Source: a virus
Length of the DNA stretch: 64,000 bases
Virus record (IMG/VR): IMGVR_UViG_3300025030_000053
Location: 32,001-96,000 of that record
Direction: 5' to 3' (one strand)
The notes beneath the pieces are model-generated. The model was given only the letters and a program-made list of their open reading frames with translations, made no database searches and had not been told where the DNA came from. Shown in pieces: positions 9,295 to 19,363 of this stretch; position 1 is the first letter of the stretch, and the number at the start of each line of letters is the position of its first letter. A program made the translations under genes and the position numbers.

Positions 9295-10908
9295 TTAGAT
9301 GTCCATACCGACAAATTCCAAAGAAACTCCTGCGAGTGAACTCTGATATACTTCATCTTCTGCTAGATAAATATTGACTTTATCTGATGGTTGAAGATCT
9401 GTATTCTCTGGAATATTAACCTCGACTGGCACAGAGAGCGCTCCAACGATATACAATTGATGGATATCAAAGAGATTCGTTACAGCACCATCCACGGTAA
9501 CCCTTACCCAATACAATTCTTCCGTAGAAGTAGTAGCAGGTGGAGTGGCTGTCAACAGCGTAGAATCTGCTGCATATTTTCTCCAATCACTTGGGATACC
9601 AGGGGCATCCCAGATAATTGTTCCATCTTGAGCGAATGAAGTCCCACCGGGACTATCAGTGCTGTCAGCAGCAGATGCCAGATTGACCCATTCAACGCCA
9701 TTCCAATAATCAGCAGAAGCAGCAACGGCATTGGCGTTGACGGTCGCACCGATGATGAAACCTATACCACCAAATGGCTGCGTATATCCTACATAAAGCT
9801 GATCAGTAGCTGCTGCCTGCATAGTCCAATTCACCAAAATTGGCGCAGCGACCGCTGAAACCTCTGTCAGAACACCACCGTCCTGCTGCACTACTGATGT
9901 GAATTTATCTGGCTGCTCGTTGCCACCACCAACAAATGTTGGCAAGCTGACTTCGGCTAAAACCTCATCACCTGGAACATATACTCTCTCAATCTCAACA
10001 TCAGCATCCAAATCATAAGAATTGACTGCTGATGTCAATGTAATTGCCACCCAGTAGACGTTATCTGTTAGTTTTGTTCCAGAATTGACGGTAGAGTGCG
10101 CAGAAGCCGTCGCATTGTATCTATCCCAATTTTCTGGTTTTTCAAACCAAGCAATTCTTCCGTTCCCTCCGAGGGAAACACCCGACCTCGAAGTTGTATC
10201 AGATACATTTTCGAATGATGTCCAACTGGACCCATTCCAATATTTGACAACATTGATTTTAGCTTGATCTACGTTAGTAGATGCAGTCATATCAATATAT
10301 ACATTATCGAATTTGAAAGTATGTCCGATGTAGATTGTATCTTGTGCATACACCATACTATCTACGGCAGTCCCGGTATCTGGAAGTCCCAAAGATGTCA
10401 ACGTTCCGTTGTCATCGATATAGGCATTGGTTGTCACTTGGGTTCCACTTCCAAAATCACCTTTGGTAACCAACAGGCTTCCTCTGTTATGGATGTAAAG
10501 GAATCCGGCGTTATTGTCTGGGGCAGCTCTTTGCCCAACTTTGGCAACAATTTTATCCAAGGACATTTTCTTTTTAGGTTGAAATTCGCCCATTACCAGA
10601 GAATCCACTGGGAAGTCCCAGGCAGCATTTGCGACATTTACATTGAATGTAGAAACTGGCATATAATTTCTTTTTGTAGTTCCTGCTATCCCTTCTAAAT
10701 AGCCTACAAAGTTTGAAGAAAGTGCAACACCATTCTCGTCAACCTCACCTAATGGTTCTACAAAACCCTGTTCAAGATAAGTCTGTGAAACAAGTCTGTT
10801 TGCTTCATTTGCTGGAACAACGAATTCATTGCCATAGGCATATGTATTGCCTCCGACACCTAGTCTTCCTGGACCTCTAAATGTGCATCTATATTTGAAG
10901 TAATTCAT
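9295..10908 (-). CDS. Putative virion structural protein (paralogue A)
   Basis: Beta-rich, rich in V/T/G/D. Two internal copies of a YWNG..W...D.T...G...W..P..W...YWV module. AAGGAG SD. Adjacent to the terminase region. Confidence 0.65.
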   Translation of the reverse strand: MNYFKYRCTFRGPGRLGVGGNTYAYGNEFVVPANEANRLVSQTYLEQGFVEPLGEVDENGVALSSNFVGYLEGIAGTTKRNYMPVSTFNVNVANAAWDFPVDSLVMGEFQPKKKMSLDKIVAKVGQRAAPDNNAGFLYIHNRGSLLVTKGDFGSGTQVTTNAYIDDNGTLTSLGLPDTGTAVDSMVYAQDTIYIGHTFKFDNVYIDMTASTNVDQAKINVVKYWNGSSWTSFENVSDTTSRSGVSLGGNGRIAWFEKPENWDRYNATASAHSTVNSGTKLTDNVYWVAITLTSAVNSYDLDADVEIERVYVPGDEVLAEVSLPTFVGGGNEQPDKFTSVVQQDGGVLTEVSAVAAPILVNWTMQAAATDQLYVGYTQPFGGIGFIIGATVNANAVAASADYWNGVEWVNLASAADSTDSPGGTSFAQDGTIIWDAPGIPSDWRKYAADSTLLTATPPATTSTEELYWVRVTVDGAVTNLFDIHQLYIVGALSVPVEVNIPENTDLQPSDKVNIYLAEDEVYQSSLAGVSLEFVGMDI

Positions 10909-10939
10909 ATTTTTCTCCTTCTAAATTTCACTTCTTCAT

Positions 10940-10974
10940 CCTGATGGGGGAATTCAAAGAATTCCCCCATCAGG
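10940..10974. repeat. 16-bp-stem hairpin between the paralogous structural genes
   Basis: CCTGATGGGGGAATTC-AAA-GAATTCCCCCATCAGG, with no U-tract on the coding strand. Confidence 0.8.
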
Positions 10975-10980
10975 CAGAAA

Positions 10981-12597
10981 TTAGATGTCCGCTCCGACGA
11001 GTTGAAGTGTAACGCCACTTAGCGCGTCAGTTTCACCTTCTATTTCTCCAACATAAACATTCAAGAAATCGCTCGGTGCAACCTCAACGTTAGTTGGGAC
11101 ATTGAATTCGATAGGGACTGTAGCAGATCTTATTGGATACACTCTGTTGATATCGAACAAGTTAGTTAAGTTTCCGTCCCACGTCAGTCTGACCCAGAAC
11201 AAAACACTAGTTGTTGTATCTGTGTCAAGTGTTTGACTATCCATCAATGCGGATGTAGCCGCTGTGGATCTCCAATCAGCAGGTATATTCCAAGTGACGG
11301 CACCATCAACTTTCAAGGTATCTGCAACAGAATTTGTTCCGTCGGTAGCGCCCAATGATACCCACTCTGCCCCATTCCAATAGCTCGCGGTAAGAGTAGA
11401 TACAGCATCATTGACCGTGGTCCCAACATCAACAAGAACTCCGCCAAAGATATCTGCATAACCGAGATAGAGTGCATCATCAGCGGCATTAGGTGTCGGC
11501 CAATCTGTAATCATTGCCGATGTAGACGCATAAACATCATTTAATGTAGTATCATCTTGCTGAACTACAGAATCGAATGTTTCCCTGCTCGCAATTACCT
11601 TTTCACCATCTTTGACGGCAATCATATTGATTTCAGCTAGTGGCTCATCGCCAGGCACCCAAATTCTATTGAGTTCTGTATCAGCATCAAAAGTGGTTGC
11701 TGAACCGTCGGTCAAATACTGAACGGCGACCCAATAAACATCATTTGCTAATGCTGTTCCGGAATTAACTCCTGAAACACGATGTGCAGAAGCAGTAGCA
11801 CCATCTGGATCCCAGTTTACTGGTTGTTCATACCAGGCAATCCAACCATCTCCACCGAGAGGGGCGCCGGCACGAACTGTAGTATCTGTGACATTCTCAA
11901 ATGCTGTCCAACCAGTGCCATTCCAATAGCTTACTGAATAAATGTATCCACCATTACCATTGACTGAGCCGGCGACCACATCAACATAAACACCAGAGAA
12001 TTTAGCTGTATGCCCAATATAAATTGTATCTTGAAGATATGTAAAGCTGTCAAGAACTGTAGTAGTCAAAGGAAGTCCTAGTGTTTCCAGTGTCCCGTTA
12101 TCATCAGTCCAGCCATTTGTCGTGATTTGAGTAGCTTCTCCAGAATCACCCTTGGTCAAGAGCATATGAACTCGGTTGTCTAGATTCAATGTGCCAGAAC
12201 CATCGTCAGTAGCAGGAAGTACCGCTTGATAAGATACAACTTTGTCAAGCATCAGCCTTCTTTGAACATTATAATCAGACACAACTTTTACACCAGCAGT
12301 GTCAAAAGCAGTATCTGGCAATGGTATGTCAATTGTGACAGCCGGCAGAACATTTTTGCTCAACGTCCATTGTTTACCATCAAGCAAACTTTGAATATTC
12401 GGTGAAAAATATCCGCCAGCAGTATCTACCTCGCCGAGATATTCAAGATGTTTTCCTGTTAAATCTGCTGTTTTAACTTTTCTAGCGGCTTGTTCGTCAC
12501 TGAGAACGATTACCTGTCCATATGTTGCTGGAATATCACCAACAGCAAAGAAACCAGGCCCTCTATATGTGCATCTATATGCATGAAAATTAGCCAT
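10981..12597 (-). CDS. Putative virion structural protein (paralogue B)
   Basis: Colinear with 9295..10908 along its full length (YRCT.RGPG, LLTKGD.G..TQ.TTN...DDNGTL..LGLP, QDTIYIGHT, SVVQQD, G.DI end). Confidence 0.65.
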   Translation of the reverse strand: MANFHAYRCTYRGPGFFAVGDIPATYGQVIVLSDEQAARKVKTADLTGKHLEYLGEVDTAGGYFSPNIQSLLDGKQWTLSKNVLPAVTIDIPLPDTAFDTAGVKVVSDYNVQRRLMLDKVVSYQAVLPATDDGSGTLNLDNRVHMLLTKGDSGEATQITTNGWTDDNGTLETLGLPLTTTVLDSFTYLQDTIYIGHTAKFSGVYVDVVAGSVNGNGGYIYSVSYWNGTGWTAFENVTDTTVRAGAPLGGDGWIAWYEQPVNWDPDGATASAHRVSGVNSGTALANDVYWVAVQYLTDGSATTFDADTELNRIWVPGDEPLAEINMIAVKDGEKVIASRETFDSVVQQDDTTLNDVYASTSAMITDWPTPNAADDALYLGYADIFGGVLVDVGTTVNDAVSTLTASYWNGAEWVSLGATDGTNSVADTLKVDGAVTWNIPADWRSTAATSALMDSQTLDTDTTTSVLFWVRLTWDGNLTNLFDINRVYPIRSATVPIEFNVPTNVEVAPSDFLNVYVGEIEGETDALSGVTLQLVGADI

Positions 12598-12661
12598 ATA
12601 ATTTTCCTCCTAAATCCTCACAGCGAGGATGAAATTTATCCTTATTGGATTATATTTGTTT

Positions 12662-12688
12662 ATTCTTTAAAAATTTAGATATTCCTTC
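12662..12688 (-). promoter_or_regulatory. sigma-H-type promoter
   Basis: GAAGGAATA-N11-AAAGAAT, an exact sigma-H consensus match upstream of the structural gene pair. Confidence 0.7.
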
Positions 12689-12732
12689 TTTTTCAAAAAT
12701 TTTTTTGGTTATTTTTTGTGGTTAGTTTTGTT

Positions 12733-14889
12733 TCACCATCCAGACTTTCCAGTACGTCGACTCCCAATAGAACCATACATCCTTTCCGCAGAGTCAATGT
12801 TCAATCTGTAAGCCCTAATTCTTGGCAAAGATGCCATAATAGTGTTTTGAAGAGACATATAGGCAGCAGCCGCTATGCAATCAGGAATGTCATCGTTATG
12901 TCCATCGGTGGCTTGAACACGGAAACCTCTCCGTCCATATTTTTTTTGCAGAAACATAAATTGATCTTTAATATCTGGCACCCAAGGACCAGATCCATAT
13001 ATTTCCAATCTCTCATCTTGCATAAGATGCAAAAGAGTTTCATATATTTTTTCTTTGAAACTTTGATTGAAAGTAGTTTGAACTGATTTGATGCCTTTTT
13101 TGTGCATTTTTTGAATGGAAGTAATAGAATTCATTTGATCATAGCTAAGAGATACTACATTAAATTTCTTTTTGCATATTTCAATAATATAATCATCAAC
13201 TTCATCAATCATTATTGCTTCAAGTTTGTTTTTTGCTTTCCACATTTCCACATGATCAACAATAACATATTTCATCAATTCATTAGTTCCGGGCATTATC
13301 CTGTCTTCTGTATGGACAACAGCCAAAGCGTAATTATCGCTAGTAGTAGCCGGATCGGCATGAGCGTAGTAATTGATTCCTGGTGTCCCGTATGGGGCCC
13401 GACGTCGTTCGGGTTTAATTGCCAAATCAATCAAAATAGGAGAAAACATAGGCTCGGAAGCACCTTCTGAGAATTTAGCCATATATTGCATTTCATAAAG
13501 TGCGGGATCTTCATTTTTCTGTTCTTGAAGCCATTGTTTATCAACGCTAGGATTACATGTCTCGGTTGCTAACTGAAACATCAATGGGTTTCTATCGTTT
13601 CTTAAGGAATTATTGTATAATTTCCATAAAATTCCTTCTTGGGCCAAAGGATTAGAAATTACGCAAATTTTTCCATACTTTCCGAATGTTGCCAATGAAG
13701 GTTTTAATTTTTTATATAATTCAGAATCACTAGTCTTTGAATCTTCCTTTTTGATCATTTCGGCAACTTCGTCGATAATAATAACTGCACATGTTTTGCC
13801 TACCTGACCACTGGCTTTTGAAGTCCCAGATTTAATTTCTATTGATCCTGGCAATGTAGGAATTCCATCCATTCTTCTTTCTTCATTTTTTCTAAGATCT
13901 TTTGGTGAAAGAAGAATCATTGATTGGTCGCTAGTTCTGTCTTTGTTTATATGTTTTTTAAAGAATGGAGAATTTATAGCCATAGATTTAATTTTGCTAA
14001 ATACAGAATCTTTTCCCTGATCTTCATTTCCGGCAACATTCATAATGGTAATCATATCATCATCAAGAAGTCCAAAATAATTTTGTGGATCATCAAGTTT
14101 GATCAGTCTGTATGCTTCATATAATGCTATTATTGCGACTAATAAGCTTTTTCCACTCCGGCGCCCAAGCACCAAAACTAAGTCTGTAAATGGCAATCCA
14201 ATCTTTCTGATTATCTGATTTCTAACTAATTCTGTATCACTCAAACTTCCTCTGGAATCTTCTATAAGATAATTTAATATTTCATCATCTAAATTCTCAT
14301 TATCTTCTATTTCACTATTCGTATTATTCTGATTATTCTGATAATGTTCTATTAGGATGTATTTGGCTTGATCATACACCATATCAGGAGGCAATCTATT
14401 GCCCTCTGGTGTCAAGTCTTGAAAAATCATCTGCATTTCACTCAAAAAATTAGATTTCAACTCTGTATTCAATTCCCATTTTTTTATCTGTGATTCAGAA
14501 AATTTTCCTATATTTATTTGTCTTTGCAGATATTCTTTTTTTAAATTTTGATCGTATAATTTGCAAGACAAACAAGGAGAATCTAATTCCTGAAGTCTAT
14601 TTTTGTTCCAAACACAATTATAGCAAGCTTCTTCTACTGGATCAAAACTGATAGATAATTTTTCATTTCCGTGCGATCCCATATAGAAAACTTTAAGAAT
14701 TAACATTTGCCAAGGATATAATTTTTGATGTAGATATCTGTCATCTTCGACAAATTTGACTATATCTACAAATTGATATTGATTTTCGTCAAAATCTATT
14801 GGGGCATCTTCCTCCATCTGCCCCAATAGTAAGTCCAACTTGTCAAAGATGACACTATTTATATTGTCTTCAAAATTGGTCTTTATCAT
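12733..14889 (-). CDS. terL: Terminase large subunit
   Basis: LYPWQ Q-motif, LGRRSGKS Walker A, IIIDE Walker B, ISNP coupling motif, and RNase H-like acidic residues (HADPA, YDQ, HNDDIPD). Confidence 0.9.
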   Translation of the reverse strand: MIKTNFEDNINSVIFDKLDLLLGQMEEDAPIDFDENQYQFVDIVKFVEDDRYLHQKLYPWQMLILKVFYMGSHGNEKLSISFDPVEEACYNCVWNKNRLQELDSPCLSCKLYDQNLKKEYLQRQINIGKFSESQIKKWELNTELKSNFLSEMQMIFQDLTPEGNRLPPDMVYDQAKYILIEHYQNNQNNTNSEIEDNENLDDEILNYLIEDSRGSLSDTELVRNQIIRKIGLPFTDLVLVLGRRSGKSLLVAIIALYEAYRLIKLDDPQNYFGLLDDDMITIMNVAGNEDQGKDSVFSKIKSMAINSPFFKKHINKDRTSDQSMILLSPKDLRKNEERRMDGIPTLPGSIEIKSGTSKASGQVGKTCAVIIIDEVAEMIKKEDSKTSDSELYKKLKPSLATFGKYGKICVISNPLAQEGILWKLYNNSLRNDRNPLMFQLATETCNPSVDKQWLQEQKNEDPALYEMQYMAKFSEGASEPMFSPILIDLAIKPERRRAPYGTPGINYYAHADPATTSDNYALAVVHTEDRIMPGTNELMKYVIVDHVEMWKAKNKLEAIMIDEVDDYIIEICKKKFNVVSLSYDQMNSITSIQKMHKKGIKSVQTTFNQSFKEKIYETLLHLMQDERLEIYGSGPWVPDIKDQFMFLQKKYGRRGFRVQATDGHNDDIPDCIAAAAYMSLQNTIMASLPRIRAYRLNIDSAERMYGSIGSRRTGKSGW

Positions 14890-15617
14890 TTAGATTTTCT
14901 TTCTAATTTAGATTTCAAAAAATCTTGAAAATCTTTAATTCCATCTTTTATATATTCTTTGTTGTCGATTCCTGTTATTTTCTGCATTAAATCTGCCATT
15001 ACTTCTGTAAATTTGTCTGCCATTTCCATAACTGCCGATTCTGCCTCATCTCTCAGTCCAGAAATTTCATATTCCAATGTGGTAAAATTTTTGTATGTTC
15101 CAAGCAAACTATTTACTACCTGATTCACTTTTATCAACTGATCAAGATTCTTGCTTAGATCAATTGATTTCATTTCTGCAATCATGTCTATCAACATTCT
15201 TTTTCCATATCCTATTGGTTCTCTCTCGATTACAGAATATTCCTCCTTGGTATCTTGAATCCTTTGCATAAAATCAATAGAGATAGGAGTAAAATCAACA
15301 TGCTCCCTCATGTGTGTGTCCACGGTGGCCCACGACCACGATGGATTGCTGACTCCTCTCTCTTTGTCTTTTTCAATAAGCAACTTTCTGACTGGGTCTA
15401 TCTTCCTGATTTCAAGATATAATTTCTCTGCCTCATCTCTATATATTGATTGACACAGGCTACATCTATTCTCATTAAATTTTGCATATTGTGTATATTC
15501 GCCATTGTCAAGAACAACTGCTTTCAAAATTGGATTCAATTTTTTTGTTTTTTCTTTGTATTCTTCTATTTGTTGAAGAACCTTTTCATTTGACAATCTC
15601 AAATCTTCTGCTGGCAT
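14886..15617 (-). CDS. Candidate terminase small subunit / Zn-binding helical protein
   Basis: Directly upstream of terL with a 4-bp overlap. CSLC...HMREH metal motif followed by coiled coils. Confidence 0.45.
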   Translation of the reverse strand: MPAEDLRLSNEKVLQQIEEYKEKTKKLNPILKAVVLDNGEYTQYAKFNENRCSLCQSIYRDEAEKLYLEIRKIDPVRKLLIEKDKERGVSNPSWSWATVDTHMREHVDFTPISIDFMQRIQDTKEEYSVIEREPIGYGKRMLIDMIAEMKSIDLSKNLDQLIKVNQVVNSLLGTYKNFTTLEYEISGLRDEAESAVMEMADKFTEVMADLMQKITGIDNKEYIKDGIKDFQDFLKSKLERKSK

Positions 15618-15627
15618 AATTTGCTCC

Positions 15628-15672
15628 TCTCAACTTAATTCATCATTCTCAACTTAAAGTTGAGAATCCTTT
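15628..15672 (-). promoter_or_regulatory. sigma-H-type promoter overlapped by a palindrome plus a third half-site
   Basis: AAAGGATTC-N12-TGAGAAT at 15645-15672. Palindrome ATTCTCAACTT-A-AAGTTGAGAAT at 15645-15667. Extra TCTCAACTTAA at 15628-15638. Confidence 0.6.
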
Positions 15673-15733
15673 TTTTATTTTTGAAGGAGGATTTTTTATG
15701 ATTTTATATAAAACAACGATGAGGGAAATAAAA

Positions 15734-16435
15734 ATGCTGAAACAATTAATAAAAATTGCAAATTCATTAGATGGTCATAATATGCTCAATGAATCTGAAA
15801 TTTTAGATTCTGTGATATATAAACTTGCCTACACATCTGAAATGCAAGGCACAGCATCAGAAATGGCAGCGATTGATCCAGAAAAAGCGCAATTTGAGCA
15901 TTTAGGATTGTTCAAGAAAATTTCACAACAACCAATCAATTTAGTCAGCCGACTCAGTCGTCCAGAAATAGCAATTGAATCTTTTCTAGGTGGTGCAAAT
16001 ATACAAGACATGGTGAGCAGAGCAGTAATGGAATTGAACATCCTTGCTCAACGACTCGGAGGATATGAAAAAGAAATGGGTATGCCTCGATTGCAGCAAA
16101 TGGGATCTGTTAAGGTGCTGGAAATGATGAATCATCCAGAAATAGAGGCAATATACTATTCCGACCCAGAATCCCTAGAACACGAACGAAGACACCAGCG
16201 GGGAGAAACCAAGACTCCAGAGCAAGTCAAACAGGACATTGCTTCACAATTGCAATCAGTGTTTCCGCAGGAAGTTCCGCCAGAAGAAAGACAAAGAATC
16301 ATCAGTGAATGGATGGATAATTATATTTCCAACCTTGGGAGATATTACGCACAAGGCGAAATTCCAGGAGAATTAGCTGCTGATCTTCCTACAATCACAG
16401 ATAAGGCAAAGAAAGATTTGAGTCAGATGTTTTGA
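15734..16435 (+). CDS. Hypothetical late protein
   Basis: Probable start 15734. N-terminus MLKQLIKIANSLD...IYKLA. Promoter-like GGAGGATTT-N11-ATATAAA at 15686-15712. Confidence 0.6.
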   Translation: MLKQLIKIANSLDGHNMLNESEILDSVIYKLAYTSEMQGTASEMAAIDPEKAQFEHLGLFKKISQQPINLVSRLSRPEIAIESFLGGANIQDMVSRAVMELNILAQRLGGYEKEMGMPRLQQMGSVKVLEMMNHPEIEAIYYSDPESLEHERRHQRGETKTPEQVKQDIASQLQSVFPQEVPPEERQRIISEWMDNYISNLGRYYAQGEIPGELAADLPTITDKAKKDLSQMF

Positions 16436-16635
16436 TTGTTTTCAATTACGTCATCAACACTAAAACCAAAAAAATCAGCCAATTCTTCGATAGATGGCTG
16501 ATTCAAGTCTCGATGAATAGTATCCAAAAAAAGTCCTTGTAATCCACGATTCCCCCTGGTCATATCATTAGGATTTTGAATTAAAATTTCATCCGATGAA
16601 AAGACAGATGATTGTTTTTTATTCTTCTGTTTCAT
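16423..16635 (-). CDS. Small hypothetical protein
   Basis: 70-aa ORF overlapping the end of the SWIM-finger gene. Confidence 0.45.
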   Translation of the reverse strand: MKQKNKKQSSVFSSDEILIQNPNDMTRGNRGLQGLFLDTIHRDLNQPSIEELADFFGFSVDDVIENNQNI

Positions 16636-17443
16636 TTAAACTCGCTAGAATATTCTTTTGCATATTTTTAATGACATGTTCTCTATCAGTAGATTGAAGT
16701 GTAGAAATGATGTGCTCACACGGAATCTCAAAAGTTCTAAAATTACCTTCTACATATCTTGAACAAGTGCAGACTCTATTTTTTGAATCTACGCCTACCA
16801 ATTCCTTGTCATCTCTAACCGCAAAAACATTCTTTCTTTCAGTTCTTGAAATTTTGATAACTGGATATTTCACCTCTGCCAGCAAATAACTCTTCTGAAT
16901 TTCCCGATCAACGTGAGGAGACATTGCTTTGTGGAATGCATTTATAGCAGTAGGCTCATTTTTGCGATAATCAACATATCTCAATATTTCTTCAAAATTT
17001 GCTTCTTCATCTTTTGAGGAAAAAACAATCAAAGAATTTTTATATGTGTGGTCATTGGTTGCTAATTTCAAGAATTCCTTTGGGGACATAGACAATACCA
17101 ATGATTCTAGATGATCTTTAAGATCATCATATTTCTCTGGAATTTCATTTTTGACTTGTGCATATACTTCATTTGTAATTCTTTTCACATCTCCAACACT
17201 AGACCCTTCTGAAATTAACACATCCTGAGTATCGCTTTCGAAAAATCCAAGATCTTTGTATTTTTTTGCTTCCTTGAACAAATTTTCAATTTTTGTCATA
17301 GGATTGACAGAACTTTGCTTTGTCCAATTCAAATAGACATCAGATCTAACTTTTGGAAGTTTCGGCTCAACATAAACTTCTCGATTATCTTGGTTGGATT
17401 TTTTGATGAAATCCAGAATTGTGTTGTCAGTTTTTACGCTCAT
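16619..17443 (-). CDS. SWIM zinc-finger protein
   Basis: CTC-x13-CEH near the C-terminus; AGGAG SD. Confidence 0.7.
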   Translation of the reverse strand: MSVKTDNTILDFIKKSNQDNREVYVEPKLPKVRSDVYLNWTKQSSVNPMTKIENLFKEAKKYKDLGFFESDTQDVLISEGSSVGDVKRITNEVYAQVKNEIPEKYDDLKDHLESLVLSMSPKEFLKLATNDHTYKNSLIVFSSKDEEANFEEILRYVDYRKNEPTAINAFHKAMSPHVDREIQKSYLLAEVKYPVIKISRTERKNVFAVRDDKELVGVDSKNRVCTCSRYVEGNFRTFEIPCEHIISTLQSTDREHVIKNMQKNILASLNETEE

Positions 17444-17469
17444 TGAAAACTCTCCTAATTAACTTTTTG

Positions 17470-17691
17470 TTATTTTCTATACTTCTGTGGGAGATTCCTT
17501 TCTTTTTTTAAATCTTTCCACCAAGTAGTTCCACAAAATGGACATTCAATTTCCCAGGAAATAACATCGCCAGATTTATCTTTGATTGCCCTAATTTCAA
17601 AAAGTCTTGAATTCATATTCGTACAAGGCTTTCCTCTTACCTCTTTTGATCTACAAGAAGTTATAACCGGTTGTTGTGGACTATTTCTCAT
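17470..17691 (-). CDS. Small zinc-ribbon protein
   Basis: C-x8-C ... CPFCGTTW; GGAGGAG SD. Confidence 0.65.
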   Translation of the reverse strand: MRNSPQQPVITSCRSKEVRGKPCTNMNSRLFEIRAIKDKSGDVISWEIECPFCGTTWWKDLKKERNLPQKYRK

Positions 17692-18331
17692 TGTTCTCCT
17701 CCTTAAATTCTACCATCAATTCCTCCTTGGCAATCTCAATGCTGTTGGAAGTGAAAAATGCCACACAAAAACCAATAGCATCAGCTCGGTGGGTAAAAAT
17801 TCCAGTTTGTGTAATTCTACAATCTTTGAGAGAATTTGGAAAATATTCTTTTGCCTTTTTTTGAGTAGCAGTTTTCTTGTCTTTTCTAGCCATTCCTCCG
17901 GTGTTCGCAAAAACACATCCCATTGAAATTGTGTGAATGGGTTTGACCTCGGCTCCGACCATCAATGATGCAAATTTGATTATTCCGGTATTTTCCCCAA
18001 GTTTTTCTCTGGCGGGAGCATTGCCAAACCCGATAGATCTTTCCATCAATGAGGCTATAACAGGATTATATTTATTTTTTAGATCGTTTACAAAATTATA
18101 TATCGTGATCAATCTCTCTAAATCATCAGGTGGCATCAATTCTAACCCTGAGTCGATATATCTACCTTTTCCGTCTTTGTATTGCATTACTGCCCAGCCG
18201 AGATTTTTTGTTGTAGGCGGGTCAAAACCAAAAACAAAGCCTCCATCAATCAACTTGTCTTTGTTGATGATGAAGGCTGCTTGTTTATTAACTGGTGGAA
18301 TATCTCTGCTTCTGAATCTTTTCTTTCTCAT
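17681..18331 (-). CDS. ruvC: RuvC-like Holliday junction resolvase
   Basis: FGFDP..NLGWAV, MER, G.A.K, HRADAIG. Confidence 0.8.
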   Translation of the reverse strand: MRKKRFRSRDIPPVNKQAAFIINKDKLIDGGFVFGFDPPTTKNLGWAVMQYKDGKGRYIDSGLELMPPDDLERLITIYNFVNDLKNKYNPVIASLMERSIGFGNAPAREKLGENTGIIKFASLMVGAEVKPIHTISMGCVFANTGGMARKDKKTATQKKAKEYFPNSLKDCRITQTGIFTHRADAIGFCVAFFTSNSIEIAKEELMVEFKEENNEK

Positions 18332-18385
18332 AGCAAAGATATTATATAGAAAATATCAAAATATTATTGGATATATTGTATATTT

Positions 18386-19363
18386 TTAACTCAGGTCTAC
18401 TATCAGAGAATAGATTAAAAATTGATATGGAATATCTTCCCTAATTTTTTCATTATATTTTTCACATTTTTTCAAAATCTGGACGCATCTATTCAAATAT
18501 TTAGGATTTTTAAGTTTTTCGATAGTTTTATATATTCTATATGGATGAACTGAAAGTTTTGATTTTTTTTCTTCATCACCCTCTATCAAATATCCGAAAT
18601 TATTTTGCATTTGATAAACTTTTTGGAGAATCGCAGTAGGATTTTTGTTTTTCATAGAAGCTACAAGCATTCCCAACCTAGCTTCTGAAATCAGCAAACC
18701 AATGAACATCATCACATGGGTCAGATCGATCACAGTTCCATCAACTAGCGGAACGGCATCAAGAATACGCCCTTCAAAAACACAATCTATTAATTCCCAA
18801 GAATTCGCAATTTTAGATTTACATACAATTTTTTCTGCTATTTTTTCATCAATATCGTGCATCAATTTCAATTTTTCAATTTCTTGTTTAATTTTTTCTA
18901 TGTTTAATACTTTTGTTGCAACTTTGTTTCCTTTGTTGTTCTCAATATCTGCAAGGATGTATCCAGTTTTTCTGTATATTATCTGACAGATTTCATCTTC
19001 AAATCCAGATAGATTTTTGATTATATTGATGCATTTGTTTTCGTTTGATTGTTCTATATACCCACATTTAACAATTTCTTTGTTTTTGAAAAATGACAAT
19101 CTTTTGTCAATAGATTCAGAACAAATTGCTACATAATTGTTTTTAATTATATTTTTTTCAATAATTTCCAAATTAGAAATCATATCTTTGTTTGGATTTT
19201 TGATTATGTATATATTTTTTTCAAAACTAAATGGATTGATCAAATCTTCAATATCAGAAGACCGGTGCAAGAGTTTTATTTCTGCACCGGTCTCTGCCCC
19301 CCATTTTACTATTGCCGAATTTGCAATCGCAAAATCTCCTACGAAAAGTTTAATTTGACTCAT
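18386..19363 (-). CDS. holA: DNA polymerase III delta subunit-like clamp-loader protein
   Basis: IDKRLSFFK, QEIEKLKL, WELID, HPYRI.K; sits in the dnaX-dnaN cluster. Confidence 0.7.
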   Translation of the reverse strand: MSQIKLFVGDFAIANSAIVKWGAETGAEIKLLHRSSDIEDLINPFSFEKNIYIIKNPNKDMISNLEIIEKNIIKNNYVAICSESIDKRLSFFKNKEIVKCGYIEQSNENKCINIIKNLSGFEDEICQIIYRKTGYILADIENNKGNKVATKVLNIEKIKQEIEKLKLMHDIDEKIAEKIVCKSKIANSWELIDCVFEGRILDAVPLVDGTVIDLTHVMMFIGLLISEARLGMLVASMKNKNPTAILQKVYQMQNNFGYLIEGDEEKKSKLSVHPYRIYKTIEKLKNPKYLNRCVQILKKCEKYNEKIREDIPYQFLIYSLIVDLS

